From Prochlorococcus sp. AG-355-B18 (GTDB taxonomy: Bacteria > Cyanobacteriota > Cyanobacteriia > PCC-6307 > Cyanobiaceae), in NCBI GenBank assembly GCA_003280965.1, contig QCDI01000003.1, forward strand, positions 64,001 to 128,000: DNA of 64,000 nt, given 5' to 3'. The notes under the pieces are model-generated. The model worked only from the letters and a program-made list of their open reading frames with translations. It had not been told where the DNA came from and ran no database searches. The translations under genes and the position numbers were made by a program. Positions 46,454-56,257 of this stretch are shown here, piece after piece; the stretch's first letter is position 1, and the number at the start of each line of letters is the position of its first letter.

Positions 46454-47338
46454 TTATTTTTTAAAGTTTAAGAAGCAATTTTTTAAGCCTAATTTATAGT
46501 TTTTATAAATTAGTTTATATCCAAGTGTTTCGCATAAAAGTTTATTAGAAATTCTTCTATTTTCCATCCAAAAAGATTGAGCGATGGGCGATAATTCCTT
46601 TTTTGCTTCCTCAAATAATATTGGCTTTGGCATTTTTAAATCAAGTAAATTATAGCAATATTGAATAACTTCTATTTGAGAACAGGGTTCATCATCTGCA
46701 AGGTTAATAATCTGGTGAAACTTTAAAGAATCTTTATTTTGTAATAGAAAGATAATTGCATTTGTGATATCAGCAACATGGATTCTCGAAAAAACCTGAT
46801 TTTTTTTGGAAATAACGCGAATTTTTTTGTTTTTTATTGCTTCAAAGGTGGATCTCCCAGGCCCATAAATACCTGGTAACCTGAAAATTTGTACAGGTAA
46901 ACCCGATTCAATCCATTCTTTTTCGCAATTTAATCTTCTGTGACTTCTATTTTGAAGAGGGTTGGGTGGGTCAAGCTCAGAAACCCAATCGCCTTTCGTG
47001 TCCCCATATACTCCTGTGGTAGATAAATATCCAACCCATTCAAGGGATAAAATTTTTAGCTTATTTTTAAGACTTTTTAATACTGGATCGTTTCCATTTT
47101 TGTCGGGAGGTATGCAACTAAGAATATGAGTGACTCCATCAAAAAATTTTTCATTTGGAACTTTTCTATTTTCACTGTTAAAAACAAAACTATTTGGATC
47201 TTTGTTTTCAGATCTCGAACTTGTTAAAGCAGTACAGCCTAATTGCCTTATGGTTTTTGCAAAGAAACTACCGCTAAAACCGCTCCCTAAGATTAAAAAT
47301 TTTTTTTTAATATTCAGTGAACTTGCAGGATTTTTCAT
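46454..47338 (-). CDS. NAD-dependent epimerase/dehydratase (extended SDR)
   Basis: GSGFSG, YLSTTGVYG, RLPGIYGPGR, SRIHVADI. Confidence 0.88.
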   Translation of the reverse strand: MKNPASSLNIKKKFLILGSGFSGSFFAKTIRQLGCTALTSSRSENKDPNSFVFNSENRKVPNEKFFDGVTHILSCIPPDKNGNDPVLKSLKNKLKILSLEWVGYLSTTGVYGDTKGDWVSELDPPNPLQNRSHRRLNCEKEWIESGLPVQIFRLPGIYGPGRSTFEAIKNKKIRVISKKNQVFSRIHVADITNAIIFLLQNKDSLKFHQIINLADDEPCSQIEVIQYCYNLLDLKMPKPILFEEAKKELSPIAQSFWMENRRISNKLLCETLGYKLIYKNYKLGLKNCFLNFKK

Positions 47339-47371
47339 GCGATGCTAAAGTAGTACATATGTATTATTTTA

Positions 47372-47602
47372 GTGATGAAGACAACTGTTAAACCTATTTT
47401 AAAATCAAAAACTGTTTGCATCAGCAAAAGTTATACTCGATTAATAGAAAAAGAAATCAGTTTAGTTAGTTTTAAATTCTACCAAAAATTATTAATTCTC
47501 CTCATTTCATTTTCTACATTTTTAATATTCCCAGATTCGCCAAGAGAATTGGGAAATATTTGTGAGAGTTATAATTCGAGCAAAATATGTAATGTTTGGT
47601 AG
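47372..47602 (+). CDS. Small hypothetical protein
   Basis: 76-aa ORF with hydrophobic segment and C-terminal C..YNS...CNVW; abuts the HNH gene. Confidence 0.6.
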   Translation: MMKTTVKPILKSKTVCISKSYTRLIEKEISLVSFKFYQKLLILLISFSTFLIFPDSPRELGNICESYNSSKICNVW

Positions 47603-48004
47603 TTAGGCTGCTTTGTATTTTGATTTATCTGTTTCGTAATTATTTTTACTTGCCTTAAAATTAGGATTTGCCCACTGCAATAATCTTATAGCTAATCTTA
47701 AATCTCCTTCTAACCAGGCTCTTATAGCCATTGCTCTTCTCGGATCATAAAATTTTTGTCTTCTGTACCAGTACAAAGCATTTGCATCTGATTTATCGCC
47801 ATTACAAGAAAGACATGCTGGAACGCAGTTTTCCGTGGTACTCAAGCCACCTTGGCTACGAGGTAAAACATGGTCAATAGATTCAGATGGTTTTCCGCAA
47901 TATATACAACTTTTTCCCGTAAATCTATGAATTGATTTTCGCCATTGTCTTAATCTAAACTTAGGACATAAATCCTCTAAAAACACCGCATCATTGATAT
48001 GCAT
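47603..48004 (-). CDS. HNH endonuclease family protein
   Basis: CIYCG...IDHVLPRSQGG...NCVPACLSCNGDK. Confidence 0.9.
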   Translation of the reverse strand: MHINDAVFLEDLCPKFRLRQWRKSIHRFTGKSCIYCGKPSESIDHVLPRSQGGLSTTENCVPACLSCNGDKSDANALYWYRRQKFYDPRRAMAIRAWLEGDLRLAIRLLQWANPNFKASKNNYETDKSKYKAA

Positions 48005-48167
48005 TCAGACTATTTAGTTAAGTAAATAATGGCTTGAATATGTTAAAAGTCAATGTTGATTTATCGTGTTTTACCTAAAATTTGTCTGTAAAATTTAATT
48101 TAGTGTATATAGATACAAAAAAAAATATTGCAGAACAATTTAAAATTGAAAAAATTAAAAGGTTAAA

Positions 48168-48620
48168 TTAATAGCTATATCGATCAATGGTTTCATCTGT
48201 AAAAACTTCATTAGTTTCTTCTAATTCTTTTTCTAATCTTTGTCTTTTCTTTTCTCTATCTTTTGCTTCTTTTTCTTTTCTTTTTTCTTCTTTTTGTAAA
48301 TCTCTTTCAAGTTTCCTATTTGGATGAAGATTATCTAAATATTCAACACAATACCTATATTTTTCATTTTCTCTTATGACCGTTTCAGTAATTTGTGATG
48401 CAGCTTGTTTAGGTGAGACTTTGAAAAATCCTCCTTTTTGCTTTTTTATGTAGGTATATGCTGCCTCCCAACTGCTTTCATGATCGTTTCCGCCATCTCT
48501 CATGGTACAAAATATTTCTGCTCCAAATGAACTGGCATTAACATTTGAATTAGTAAGAAATAATGGAGTAAAAATTCCTACAGTTATTAATATTAGTTTT
48601 TTCTGCTTTAATCTTTGCAT
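48168..48620 (-). CDS. Conserved picocyanobacterial exported protein with charged tail
   Basis: Signal peptide, GAEIFCTMRDGGNDHESSW, K/E-rich C-terminus. Confidence 0.7.
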   Translation of the reverse strand: MQRLKQKKLILITVGIFTPLFLTNSNVNASSFGAEIFCTMRDGGNDHESSWEAAYTYIKKQKGGFFKVSPKQAASQITETVIRENEKYRYCVEYLDNLHPNRKLERDLQKEEKRKEKEAKDREKKRQRLEKELEETNEVFTDETIDRYSY

Positions 48621-48676
48621 TAAATTTTTTGTTCCTATTTAAAAATATCTTTTATGGAGAATATGTCTATAGAAGT

Positions 48677-49189
48677 TTAAGATTTTATCACTCCAAATAA
48701 GTTCAAACATTTAACAACTAAGGGGAGAATCAGAAGCACAGTGATCAACCTTACAGCGTGTAGAGTTGCTACTGCTGCGCCTACTCCATATTCAGAACCG
48801 ACAAGACTCATGCCGCTAATACCACCTGGTGCAGCACCTAGGATTGTTGTTATTACATCTATATTTAGTAATCTGCTTGTCCATAATCCAATCGCTAATC
48901 CTGTAATTACTAAAGTAAAAGTTATTAGGATAGCTGGCCTCCATAAGCTTTGAAGGTCAACTAATGAGTCTCTAGTTAAAGATGTGCCAATAACTGTCCC
49001 AATCCCAATCTCTAATATTGTTCTTGTCCCAATTGGCCAATCTGCTATGTCCACTTTGCCACTGATACTTAGGATGCTTGAACCTATTAAGGCTCCAGCA
49101 AGAGGAGCTGCGGGTATACCTGTTTTTAGAGCCAAAGCCCCAAAAATTCCTCCTGCAATTAGATAATAGATGAGATTTATGTTTGGCAT
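48677..49189 (-). CDS. AbrB-family (membrane regulator type) protein
   Basis: Hydrophobic helices, APGGISGM, VATLHAVRL. Confidence 0.8.
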   Translation of the reverse strand: MPNINLIYYLIAGGIFGALALKTGIPAAPLAGALIGSSILSISGKVDIADWPIGTRTILEIGIGTVIGTSLTRDSLVDLQSLWRPAILITFTLVITGLAIGLWTSRLLNIDVITTILGAAPGGISGMSLVGSEYGVGAAVATLHAVRLITVLLILPLVVKCLNLFGVIKS

Positions 49190-49322
49190 AAATTTTAGAG
49201 ATGTTTGGACATAATATTAGAAAGATTTTTTTTTTCTTGGGTTTATATTCAAATTATATTTTTGTTTTTCTCTCATAATGTCCCCATTTTTTGGCATAAT
49301 ATTAAACAAAGCATGAATTTTT

Positions 49323-49520
49323 ATGTCTTCACAAGTTTCATTAAAATCTAATAAAAACCTTATAAAGAAAAAGTTATCCTTTTTTGAGGGTGGTCATCAG
49401 CTTGAAAAATTAGAGTTTGCTCTAGCAATAGCTCAAACTAAGGGAGATGAAAAAAAATCAATCACTCTTAGAAAAAAGATTGTTGAATTAGGTGGAAATG
49501 TTGAAGAGCCAGGGACTTAA
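49323..49520 (+). CDS. Small conserved hypothetical protein
   Basis: 65-aa ORF FFEGGHQLEKLEFALA...EEPGT. Confidence 0.7.
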   Translation: MSSQVSLKSNKNLIKKKLSFFEGGHQLEKLEFALAIAQTKGDEKKSITLRKKIVELGGNVEEPGT

Positions 49521-49527
49521 ATTAATT

Positions 49528-50685
49528 TTATTCAAGATATTTAGATGCTATTACTAATGCTTCGCCAGCTTGTTGAGCATTTATTTTTCCTAAATCAAGG
49601 AGTGTATTACTAATAGCAGAAATTACTGTAATTATATCTCTGTCATTTACATAACCTAAGTGGCCGACTCTAAATATTTTTCCTTTTAAATGATCTTGTC
49701 CACCTGCAAGTAAGATATCAAACTTATTTTTTATAGTTTTTCTGAATTCTTCAGCATCTATTCCTCCAGTCTCTATTGCCGTAATTGAAGGGCTTAGATA
49801 CTTTTCATCTGCAAACAATTTTAGATTTAAAGCTTTTGCAGCACTGCTCATCGCTAATTTATGTTTTTCATGTCTAAGGAAAATATTTTCTAATCCTTCT
49901 TCTCGCATCATTTTTAAAGATTCATCTAAAGCAAAAACCAAATTTACTGCGGGAGTATATGGGTTACTGTTACTCAAAAGACTTTTTTTGTAGGATTTTA
50001 AATTTAAATAAAATTTTGGTAAATTAGATTTTTCTGTAGCTTCCCATGCTTTTTGACTCATCGATATAAAGCTGAGTCCTGGCGGTATCATATATCCTTT
50101 TTGTGATCCTGAAGCAACGATATCTAATTGCCATTCATCTACCGGTACATTACAAGCTCCAAGACTTGTGACGCAGTCAACAATAGACAATGCTTTTTTA
50201 TGTTCACGTATATATGAACTGATAGATTTGAGATCATTTATGGTACCTGTTGAAGTTTCAGAATGAGTCAAAATTACTGCTTTTATTTCTTTTTTTTGAT
50301 CTTCTTCTAATATTTTTTTAAATTCTTCTGGATTAAGAGGAGTCCCCCATTCGGAGTCAATTTTTATGACTTCTAGCCCAAATTCTTTAGCAACTTTTAC
50401 CCATCTTTCACCAAATTTTCCATTTTCCCCACAGATAACTTTATCACCTTTACTTAAAGTATTTATTATTCCAGCTTCCATTGCGGCAGTTCCACTACCA
50501 GTAATTGTTAGAACTTCATTTTGAGTTTGATGAAGCCATTGTAAATTTTTCGTAGTACTTTCTACGAGATCTTGGAATTCTTTGCTGCGATGTCCTATTG
50601 GATGCTTACTTAATGCTTGTAAAACTTTTTCTGGAACTGGTGTCGGTCCAGGAATCATCAATGATAATTTTTGTTGTATGGCCAC
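49528..50685 (-). CDS. Class V PLP-dependent aminotransferase (serine/alanine-glyoxylate type)
   Basis: LMIPGPT, GSGTAAME, HSETSTG, SGSQKG, FRVGHLG. Confidence 0.92.
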   Translation of the reverse strand: MAIQQKLSLMIPGPTPVPEKVLQALSKHPIGHRSKEFQDLVESTTKNLQWLHQTQNEVLTITGSGTAAMEAGIINTLSKGDKVICGENGKFGERWVKVAKEFGLEVIKIDSEWGTPLNPEEFKKILEEDQKKEIKAVILTHSETSTGTINDLKSISSYIREHKKALSIVDCVTSLGACNVPVDEWQLDIVASGSQKGYMIPPGLSFISMSQKAWEATEKSNLPKFYLNLKSYKKSLLSNSNPYTPAVNLVFALDESLKMMREEGLENIFLRHEKHKLAMSSAAKALNLKLFADEKYLSPSITAIETGGIDAEEFRKTIKNKFDILLAGGQDHLKGKIFRVGHLGYVNDRDIITVISAISNTLLDLGKINAQQAGEALVIASKYLE

Positions 50686-50745
50686 TTTTTGTTAAATAGG
50701 TCATTCTTAGATTAGTTCTCATTATATATTTTTCAATTACTTGAT

Positions 50746-51864
50746 TTGAAAAAAGGATTTTCTTTACCTTTGTGGGTTGCAGGAGCCGCTAGGTCGGCAT
50801 TAAAAAAACTTGTAGGTTTGCCATTTGATAATTATGAAATACTAAAAATTCCTAATGAAAAAAAAGAAGTAAAACTCAAGATTCATTCAGTTGGTTTACT
50901 TAAAGGTGATTCGCATTCATTAGGAATTTCCTTTGCAAACTCTGGCCTAGATCTTGACATAACACAAAACTTAGAAATATGGACAATAGTTTCCTTAGAA
51001 AAAATCCCCTTAGATAATACTTCTCCAACAAATCCAATCAATATTATTCCAGGATCTGGTGTAGGTATCTATGAGAATACATCAGCTATATGTATTTCTG
51101 ATTTTGCTGAAAAAGTTTTATATGAAAATTTATTCGATATCATTCCGAAAGGTTTTATTTTGAATTTAGAAATTGTTTTTCCAAATGGGGAGTTTTTAGC
51201 AGAAAGAACTAGTAATAAGTCTTTTGGTATTGTTGATGGATTATCTATTATTGGAACTTCTGCAGAAACTTATTCGAGTGCTTCACCTGATCAATTAGAG
51301 GAAGCGAAAGTAAAGCTAGCGAATCTGACTAAAAATGATTTTAAAGGGAAAGTTGTCTTTGTTATTGGTGAAAATGGTTTAAATTTGGCAAAAACTTCTA
51401 ATGTTAAGTTGCCAATTATAAAAGTTGGTAATTGGATAGGACCCCTAATAGTTGATGCTGCAATAAAAAATGTTAAAACTGTAATTCTTTTTGGTTATCA
51501 TGGAAAATTAATTAAATTAGCAGGCGGAATTTTTCATACACATAATCATTTAGCCGATGGAAGGATAGAAATTCTCGTTTATTTAGCCGTTAAAGAAAAA
51601 GTACCATCTGAAATAATATTTAAATTATCTAAATTAAAAACTCTGGAAGATGCCTTATTATTTCTTGAAAGATTTAATAAATCTATAGCCGAGAAATTAT
51701 TCCAAAATTTATCAAATACTATTGAAAAACGCTCTTATGATTATGTTAATAGGTATGTAAAAACCGATATGGAAATCGCATCAATTATTTTTGACAAAAA
51801 AAGGAAAGTAAGGTGGTCAGGAACTAAGGGAAATAATTATATCTCTTATTTTCAAGGAGATTAA
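50746..51864 (+). CDS. cbiD: Cobalt-precorrin-5B C1-methyltransferase
   Basis: LDITQNL, RTSNKSFGIVDGLSIIGT, GYHGKLIKLAGGIFHTH. Confidence 0.93.
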   Translation: MKKGFSLPLWVAGAARSALKKLVGLPFDNYEILKIPNEKKEVKLKIHSVGLLKGDSHSLGISFANSGLDLDITQNLEIWTIVSLEKIPLDNTSPTNPINIIPGSGVGIYENTSAICISDFAEKVLYENLFDIIPKGFILNLEIVFPNGEFLAERTSNKSFGIVDGLSIIGTSAETYSSASPDQLEEAKVKLANLTKNDFKGKVVFVIGENGLNLAKTSNVKLPIIKVGNWIGPLIVDAAIKNVKTVILFGYHGKLIKLAGGIFHTHNHLADGRIEILVYLAVKEKVPSEIIFKLSKLKTLEDALLFLERFNKSIAEKLFQNLSNTIEKRSYDYVNRYVKTDMEIASIIFDKKRKVRWSGTKGNNYISYFQGD

Positions 51865-51912
51865 TTTTTGATTGATTATGCTTTTGTAAATAAATTGAGC
51901 TAACTTTTAAAC

Positions 51913-53499
51913 ATGAGTCAAACATCTTTAAAAAAAGAACGAGATCCCTCAATATTAATTTTAGATTTTGGATCTCAATATTCTGAATTGATTGCAAGAA
52001 GAATAAGAGAAACTAATGTTTTTTCTCTTGTAGTAAGTAACTGTATTTCAATTGAGGACATTCTTAAAATTAATCCTAAAGGGATAATTTTAAGTGGGGG
52101 CCCAAATTCTGTATATGACCAAAATTCTCCTAAATGCGATGAAAAAATTTTTGATTTAGGAATTCCTATTCTTGGTATATGCTACGGAATGCAATTAATG
52201 GTTAAAGAACTTGGAGGCTCTGTCTCTTCAGCCACAAAAAAAGCTGAATATGGGAGGGCACCAATAAATATAGATTCAGAGTGTGACCTATTCTGCGATG
52301 TAGAAGATAAATCAATAATGTGGATGAGTCATGGTGATTCAATTAATTGTTTGCCGGATGGATTTAATAAAATTGCTCATACAGAGAACACACTCCATGC
52401 TGCGATTGCAAATGATAGAAAAAAATTATTTGGCGTACAATTTCATCCTGAAGTTATTCATTCAGAGTATGGGATGACGGTAATTAAAAATTTTGTTTAT
52501 AAAATCTCAACTTGTGTTGCTGATTGGACAACAGAAACCTTTTTAGAAGAAACAATTCCCAGGATAAAAGAACAAGTTGGCAATAAGAAAGTTTTGCTTG
52601 CCTTGTCAGGCGGAGTTGATTCTTCAACTCTTGCTTTTTTACTTAATGAAGCAGTTGGAAATCAGCTTACATGCATGTTTATTGACCAAGGCTTCATGAG
52701 AAAAGGTGAACCAGAATTTTTGATGAACTTTTTTGACAAGAAGTTTCATATAAAGGTTGAATATATTAATGCTAGGGAAAGGTTTATTGCCAAATTAAGG
52801 GGGATTACTGATCCAGAACAGAAAAGGAAAATTATTGGTGAAGAATTTATAAGAGTATTTGAAGAAGAAAGTAATAGATTAGGACCTTTTCATTACCTAG
52901 CGCAAGGCACTCTTTATCCTGATGTTATTGAAAGTGCTGGTACTAATATTGATCCCAAAACGGGAGAAAGAATAGCTGTAAAAATAAAGAGTCATCATAA
53001 TGTGGGGGGATTACCAAAAGATTTGCAATTTAAATTAGTTGAGCCATTAAGAAAACTTTTTAAGGACGAAGTCCGAAAATTAGGAGCTGCATTAGGTTTG
53101 CCAGATGAAATTATAAAAAGACATCCATTCCCAGGACCAGGGTTAGCGATAAGAATTTTGGGAGAAGTGACTAATGAAAAACTCGATTGTTTAAGAGATG
53201 CAGATTTGATTGTGAGAGAGGAAATAAAAAAAGCTGGTCTTTATGATGATATTTGGCAAGCATTTGCAGTTTTGCTACCGGTTAAAACTGTAGGAGTTAT
53301 GGGTGATAAAAGAACTTATTCATGGCCAATTGTTTTACGTTGTGTATCTAGTGAAGATGGTATGACAGCAGATTGGTCAAAAATTCCCTTTCAGGTTTTG
53401 GAGAGAATTTCAAATAGAATAGTAAATGAAGTAATTTTAGTAAATAGAGTTGTTTTTGATATTACAAGCAAACCTCCTGGAACTATTGAGTGGGAGTAA
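51913..53499 (+). CDS. guaA: GMP synthase (glutamine-hydrolysing)
   Basis: [37 protein letters not shown]. Confidence 0.98.
   Translation: MSQTSLKKERDPSILILDFGSQYSELIARRIRETNVFSLVVSNCISIEDILKINPKGIILSGGPNSVYDQNSPKCDEKIFDLGIPILGICYGMQLMVKELGGSVSSATKKAEYGRAPINIDSECDLFCDVEDKSIMWMSHGDSINCLPDGFNKIAHTENTLHAAIANDRKKLFGVQFHPEVIHSEYGMTVIKNFVYKISTCVADWTTETFLEETIPRIKEQVGNKKVLLALSGGVDSSTLAFLLNEAVGNQLTCMFIDQGFMRKGEPEFLMNFFDKKFHIKVEYINARERFIAKLRGITDPEQKRKIIGEEFIRVFEEESNRLGPFHYLAQGTLYPDVIESAGTNIDPKTGERIAVKIKSHHNVGGLPKDLQFKLVEPLRKLFKDEVRKLGAALGLPDEIIKRHPFPGPGLAIRILGEVTNEKLDCLRDADLIVREEIKKAGLYDDIWQAFAVLLPVKTVGVMGDKRTYSWPIVLRCVSSEDGMTADWSKIPFQVLERISNRIVNEVILVNRVVFDITSKPPGTIEWE
53482..53499 (+). repeat. attL core: 18-bp direct repeat formed by the guaA 3' end
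   Basis: ACTATTGAGTGGGAGTAA, identical to 59942-59959. Confidence 0.93.
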
Positions 53500-53535
53500 A
53501 AAAATTAGCTAAAACCTTGTTATAGTCTAAAAAAA

Positions 53536-53559
53536 TAGGTTTCACGTAGGTTTCACGTG
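53536..53559 (+). repeat. Left subterminal repeat pair 1
   Basis: TAGGTTTCACG-TAGGTTTCACG-TG. Confidence 0.92.
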
Positions 53560-53596
53560 GAATATTGGTAACCTATTTGCAACGCTTTTTGATGGC

Positions 53597-53620
53597 TAGG
53601 TTTCACGTAGGTTTCACGTG
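53597..53620 (+). repeat. Left subterminal repeat pair 2
   Basis: Exact 24-bp copy of 53536-53559, 61 bp downstream. Confidence 0.92.
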
Positions 53621-53766
53621 ACGCTATAAGCACTTCTCTACAGAGAAATCAAGGAATGAATTTTTCTCTACACTTTTATTTCTCTGAAAGTACCGAAATA
53701 TAATGTAAAAAAAACTTCTTTATTAGTAATATAGTTTCTAAAGACGGTACATAGCCAATTTTACCG

Positions 53767-56256
53767 ATGCTCGATAAAGAATGTATTAGGTCAATAAAGC
53801 GTTTTCAAGATCCTTTTATTCGTAGTTTCATTTTTGATTCGAATTCTTGGTATGAGTTTGCAAGTAAAGTCAATCAACTTGGTAATGGAAGAGAACAAAA
53901 TAAAACAAAAGGAGATATCTTTGAATTATTTACTTGTTTATATCTTGCATCAGATCCAATTTTTTCATCCAAACTGGAAAGTATTTGGCATCATTCAAAT
54001 GTTCCATATCCCATAGTTGAAAAACTTGATTTACAACTTCCTGAAATTGGAATTGATTTAATTACAAAATCAAAAGATGGAGATATTTGGGCGTTTCAAT
54101 GTAAATATCATTCTGATATTAGTAAAAATGTTTCATACGAGGAGGTCTCCACTTTTTTCTCAATTACAAATAGACCTCAAACATTTAATAATATTACTCA
54201 TAGGATAATTTGTTCTTCAACATACGAGGTTAGTAAAAAAATAAGAAATGCTGAAAAAAATAAACTAGGTTATTTAACTTTTTGTGAATTTAGTCAACTT
54301 GGTAAAGAAGAGTTCTATGGTTTTCATTCCCTTTTGAAAAATGAAAAGATTAGTCTTGAGAGTTATGAACCAAGAAATCATCAGATAAATGCTATTGAAA
54401 AATCAATAAGATATTTTTCTACTGAATCAAGGGGTAAATTAGTTCATCCTTGTGGTGCTGGCAAAAGTTTAACTGGGTACTGGATATTTCGACATTTAAG
54501 CGTAAATAACACATTGATTGTTGTTCCTAGTCTTCAATTAGTCAGACAGACTCTAAAAGCATGGGCAAGAGAATTATTGTGTGATGGTGTAGAAATCGAT
54601 TGGATAGCGATATGTAGCGACGACGATGTTAGAAATGTAGATGATCCGGCGATGAATATTTCAGATATAGGAATTGAAGTTAATACAGATGTAGAGGTTA
54701 TAAGTAAATTTTTAACAAAAAAAACTAATAATAAAAAAATCGTAATTACCACATATCAAAGTGGAAAAGCGTTAATCAATGCAGCACAATTCACTAATTT
54801 CAATTTTGAACTAGGAATTTTTGATGAAGCTCATAAAACTGCAGGAAATAAAAATAAGCTCTTTGCTCAACTTCTTTATGATGAAAATATTTTTATAAAG
54901 AAAAGATTATTTATGACAGCTACTGAGAGGGTATTTAGAGGTGATTCAGATGAAACTATATCTATGGATGATGAAGTTATTTATGGAAGAATAGTTGATG
55001 AATTTTCTTTTAAATCTGCTCTAGAGCAGAAACCAAAAATTCTTTCTGATTATCAAATATCAACGACAGCTACATTTAAAAATGAAATTAAAGAATTGAT
55101 AGAAAATAATGAACTTCTGAAAGCAGGAAATAAACAATGGACATTTGAGGCAGATGCATCAACTTTTGCAGCTTTAATTACATTAAGAAAAGCAGTTCAG
55201 GAATTAAAAGTAAAACATGTAATTTCATTTCATCGAAGTATTTCAAGAGCTAGAGAATTTCAACAATTAAATGATGCAGTCAATAATTTTGGTACTAAAT
55301 TTGGGTATATTCATTCTTATCATATTAATGGAAAAAAAGGCACAGGAAAAAGGTCTGAAATAATTAATAGATTTATTTCTGAAGAACCAAGTTTAATTAC
55401 TAATGCTCGATGTTTGACGGAAGGAGTTGATATTCCTGAAGTCGATGCAGTTCTTTTTGCTGATCCAAAGGATAGTACAGTTGATATTGTACAGGCGGCA
55501 GGAAGAGCAATGAGAGTAAGTGATAATAAGGAATTAGGTTATATTCTTTTACCTGTGATGCTTGATGAAGAAGAAAATAATTCAATCGAGGATAGTGCCT
55601 TTAAACAAATTATTAAGGTGGTTTCAGCTTTAGGTATGAGCGATGAAAGGATTGTTGCAGAATTTCAAGAAATTGCTCAAGGTAATAATCCAACAGGGAG
55701 AAGAATTGTTGATATTGAGGAAGTTTTTAGTTCAATAAATTTAGAAAGCTTGTATTCGAATATAAACTTTAGAATTTGGAACAGATTGAGTTTCGCATCG
55801 AAATTTATAAATTTAAATCAAGAGATATTAATTGCTGAAATAGGAAAATCTGGTGATAGATGGAAGCAAGCTAATTTTCCACTCAAAATATGGGAAAATT
55901 ACTTTGGAGGAGATTTAAAACTTGAGAAATATATCCACTTGTATGAAGTCAATAGAAACGGTTCTCTCAACAAAAAAGTCAGTACAAAGATAGTAAAGGT
56001 TAAAAGTCAAAACTATAGAGTTGAATTAGGAGCAGTTGCAGGAATTAATTATCCTGATTCAGGTAGACCTATAGGTATCTTTAAAAAAATTTCCCAAAGT
56101 GAATTTAGATATCATATATTTATGCCAGACGATCCCATGCATCCAAATTTACTTGGTTATTTAAATATTAGGGGTAAAGGTTATGCGACATCTCTTAAAG
56201 GAGCTTTAGTTTTTTTAAATCAACTTGAATCACTTTGGCCAGATTGTCCTGTTTAG
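53767..56256 (+). CDS. Mrr-like PD-(D/E)XK nuclease-SF2 helicase fusion (Type ISP-like motor) with an uncharacterised C-terminal domain
   Basis: KGDIFE, GIDL...FQCKY nuclease; PRNHQ, PCGAGKS, DEAH, MTATER, CLTEGVDIP, DIVQAAGRAMR helicase motifs; no MTase motifs. Confidence 0.85.
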   Translation: MLDKECIRSIKRFQDPFIRSFIFDSNSWYEFASKVNQLGNGREQNKTKGDIFELFTCLYLASDPIFSSKLESIWHHSNVPYPIVEKLDLQLPEIGIDLITKSKDGDIWAFQCKYHSDISKNVSYEEVSTFFSITNRPQTFNNITHRIICSSTYEVSKKIRNAEKNKLGYLTFCEFSQLGKEEFYGFHSLLKNEKISLESYEPRNHQINAIEKSIRYFSTESRGKLVHPCGAGKSLTGYWIFRHLSVNNTLIVVPSLQLVRQTLKAWARELLCDGVEIDWIAICSDDDVRNVDDPAMNISDIGIEVNTDVEVISKFLTKKTNNKKIVITTYQSGKALINAAQFTNFNFELGIFDEAHKTAGNKNKLFAQLLYDENIFIKKRLFMTATERVFRGDSDETISMDDEVIYGRIVDEFSFKSALEQKPKILSDYQISTTATFKNEIKELIENNELLKAGNKQWTFEADASTFAALITLRKAVQELKVKHVISFHRSISRAREFQQLNDAVNNFGTKFGYIHSYHINGKKGTGKRSEIINRFISEEPSLITNARCLTEGVDIPEVDAVLFADPKDSTVDIVQAAGRAMRVSDNKELGYILLPVMLDEEENNSIEDSAFKQIIKVVSALGMSDERIVAEFQEIAQGNNPTGRRIVDIEEVFSSINLESLYSNINFRIWNRLSFASKFINLNQEILIAEIGKSGDRWKQANFPLKIWENYFGGDLKLEKYIHLYEVNRNGSLNKKVSTKIVKVKSQNYRVELGAVAGINYPDSGRPIGIFKKISQSEFRYHIFMPDDPMHPNLLGYLNIRGKGYATSLKGALVFLNQLESLWPDCPV

Positions 56257-56257
56257 G

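Noticed and set aside
47603..48004. HNH nuclease as a mobile or defence element
   Set aside because: Embedded among core-type genes with no flanking repeats or partner genes.
53536..53620. Two identical 24-bp repeats separated by 37 bp, superficially a mini CRISPR array, with a Cas4-like gene 6.4 kb away
   Set aside because: Only two units, each an internal 11-bp dimer. The same dimer recurs at the other island end and there are no cas1/cas2 genes, so recombination arm sites explain it better.
53767..56256. Calling the helicase a Type III Res or Type I HsdR subunit
   Set aside because: The nuclease is N-terminal and Mrr-like, unlike Res, and no hsdS or hsdM is present.
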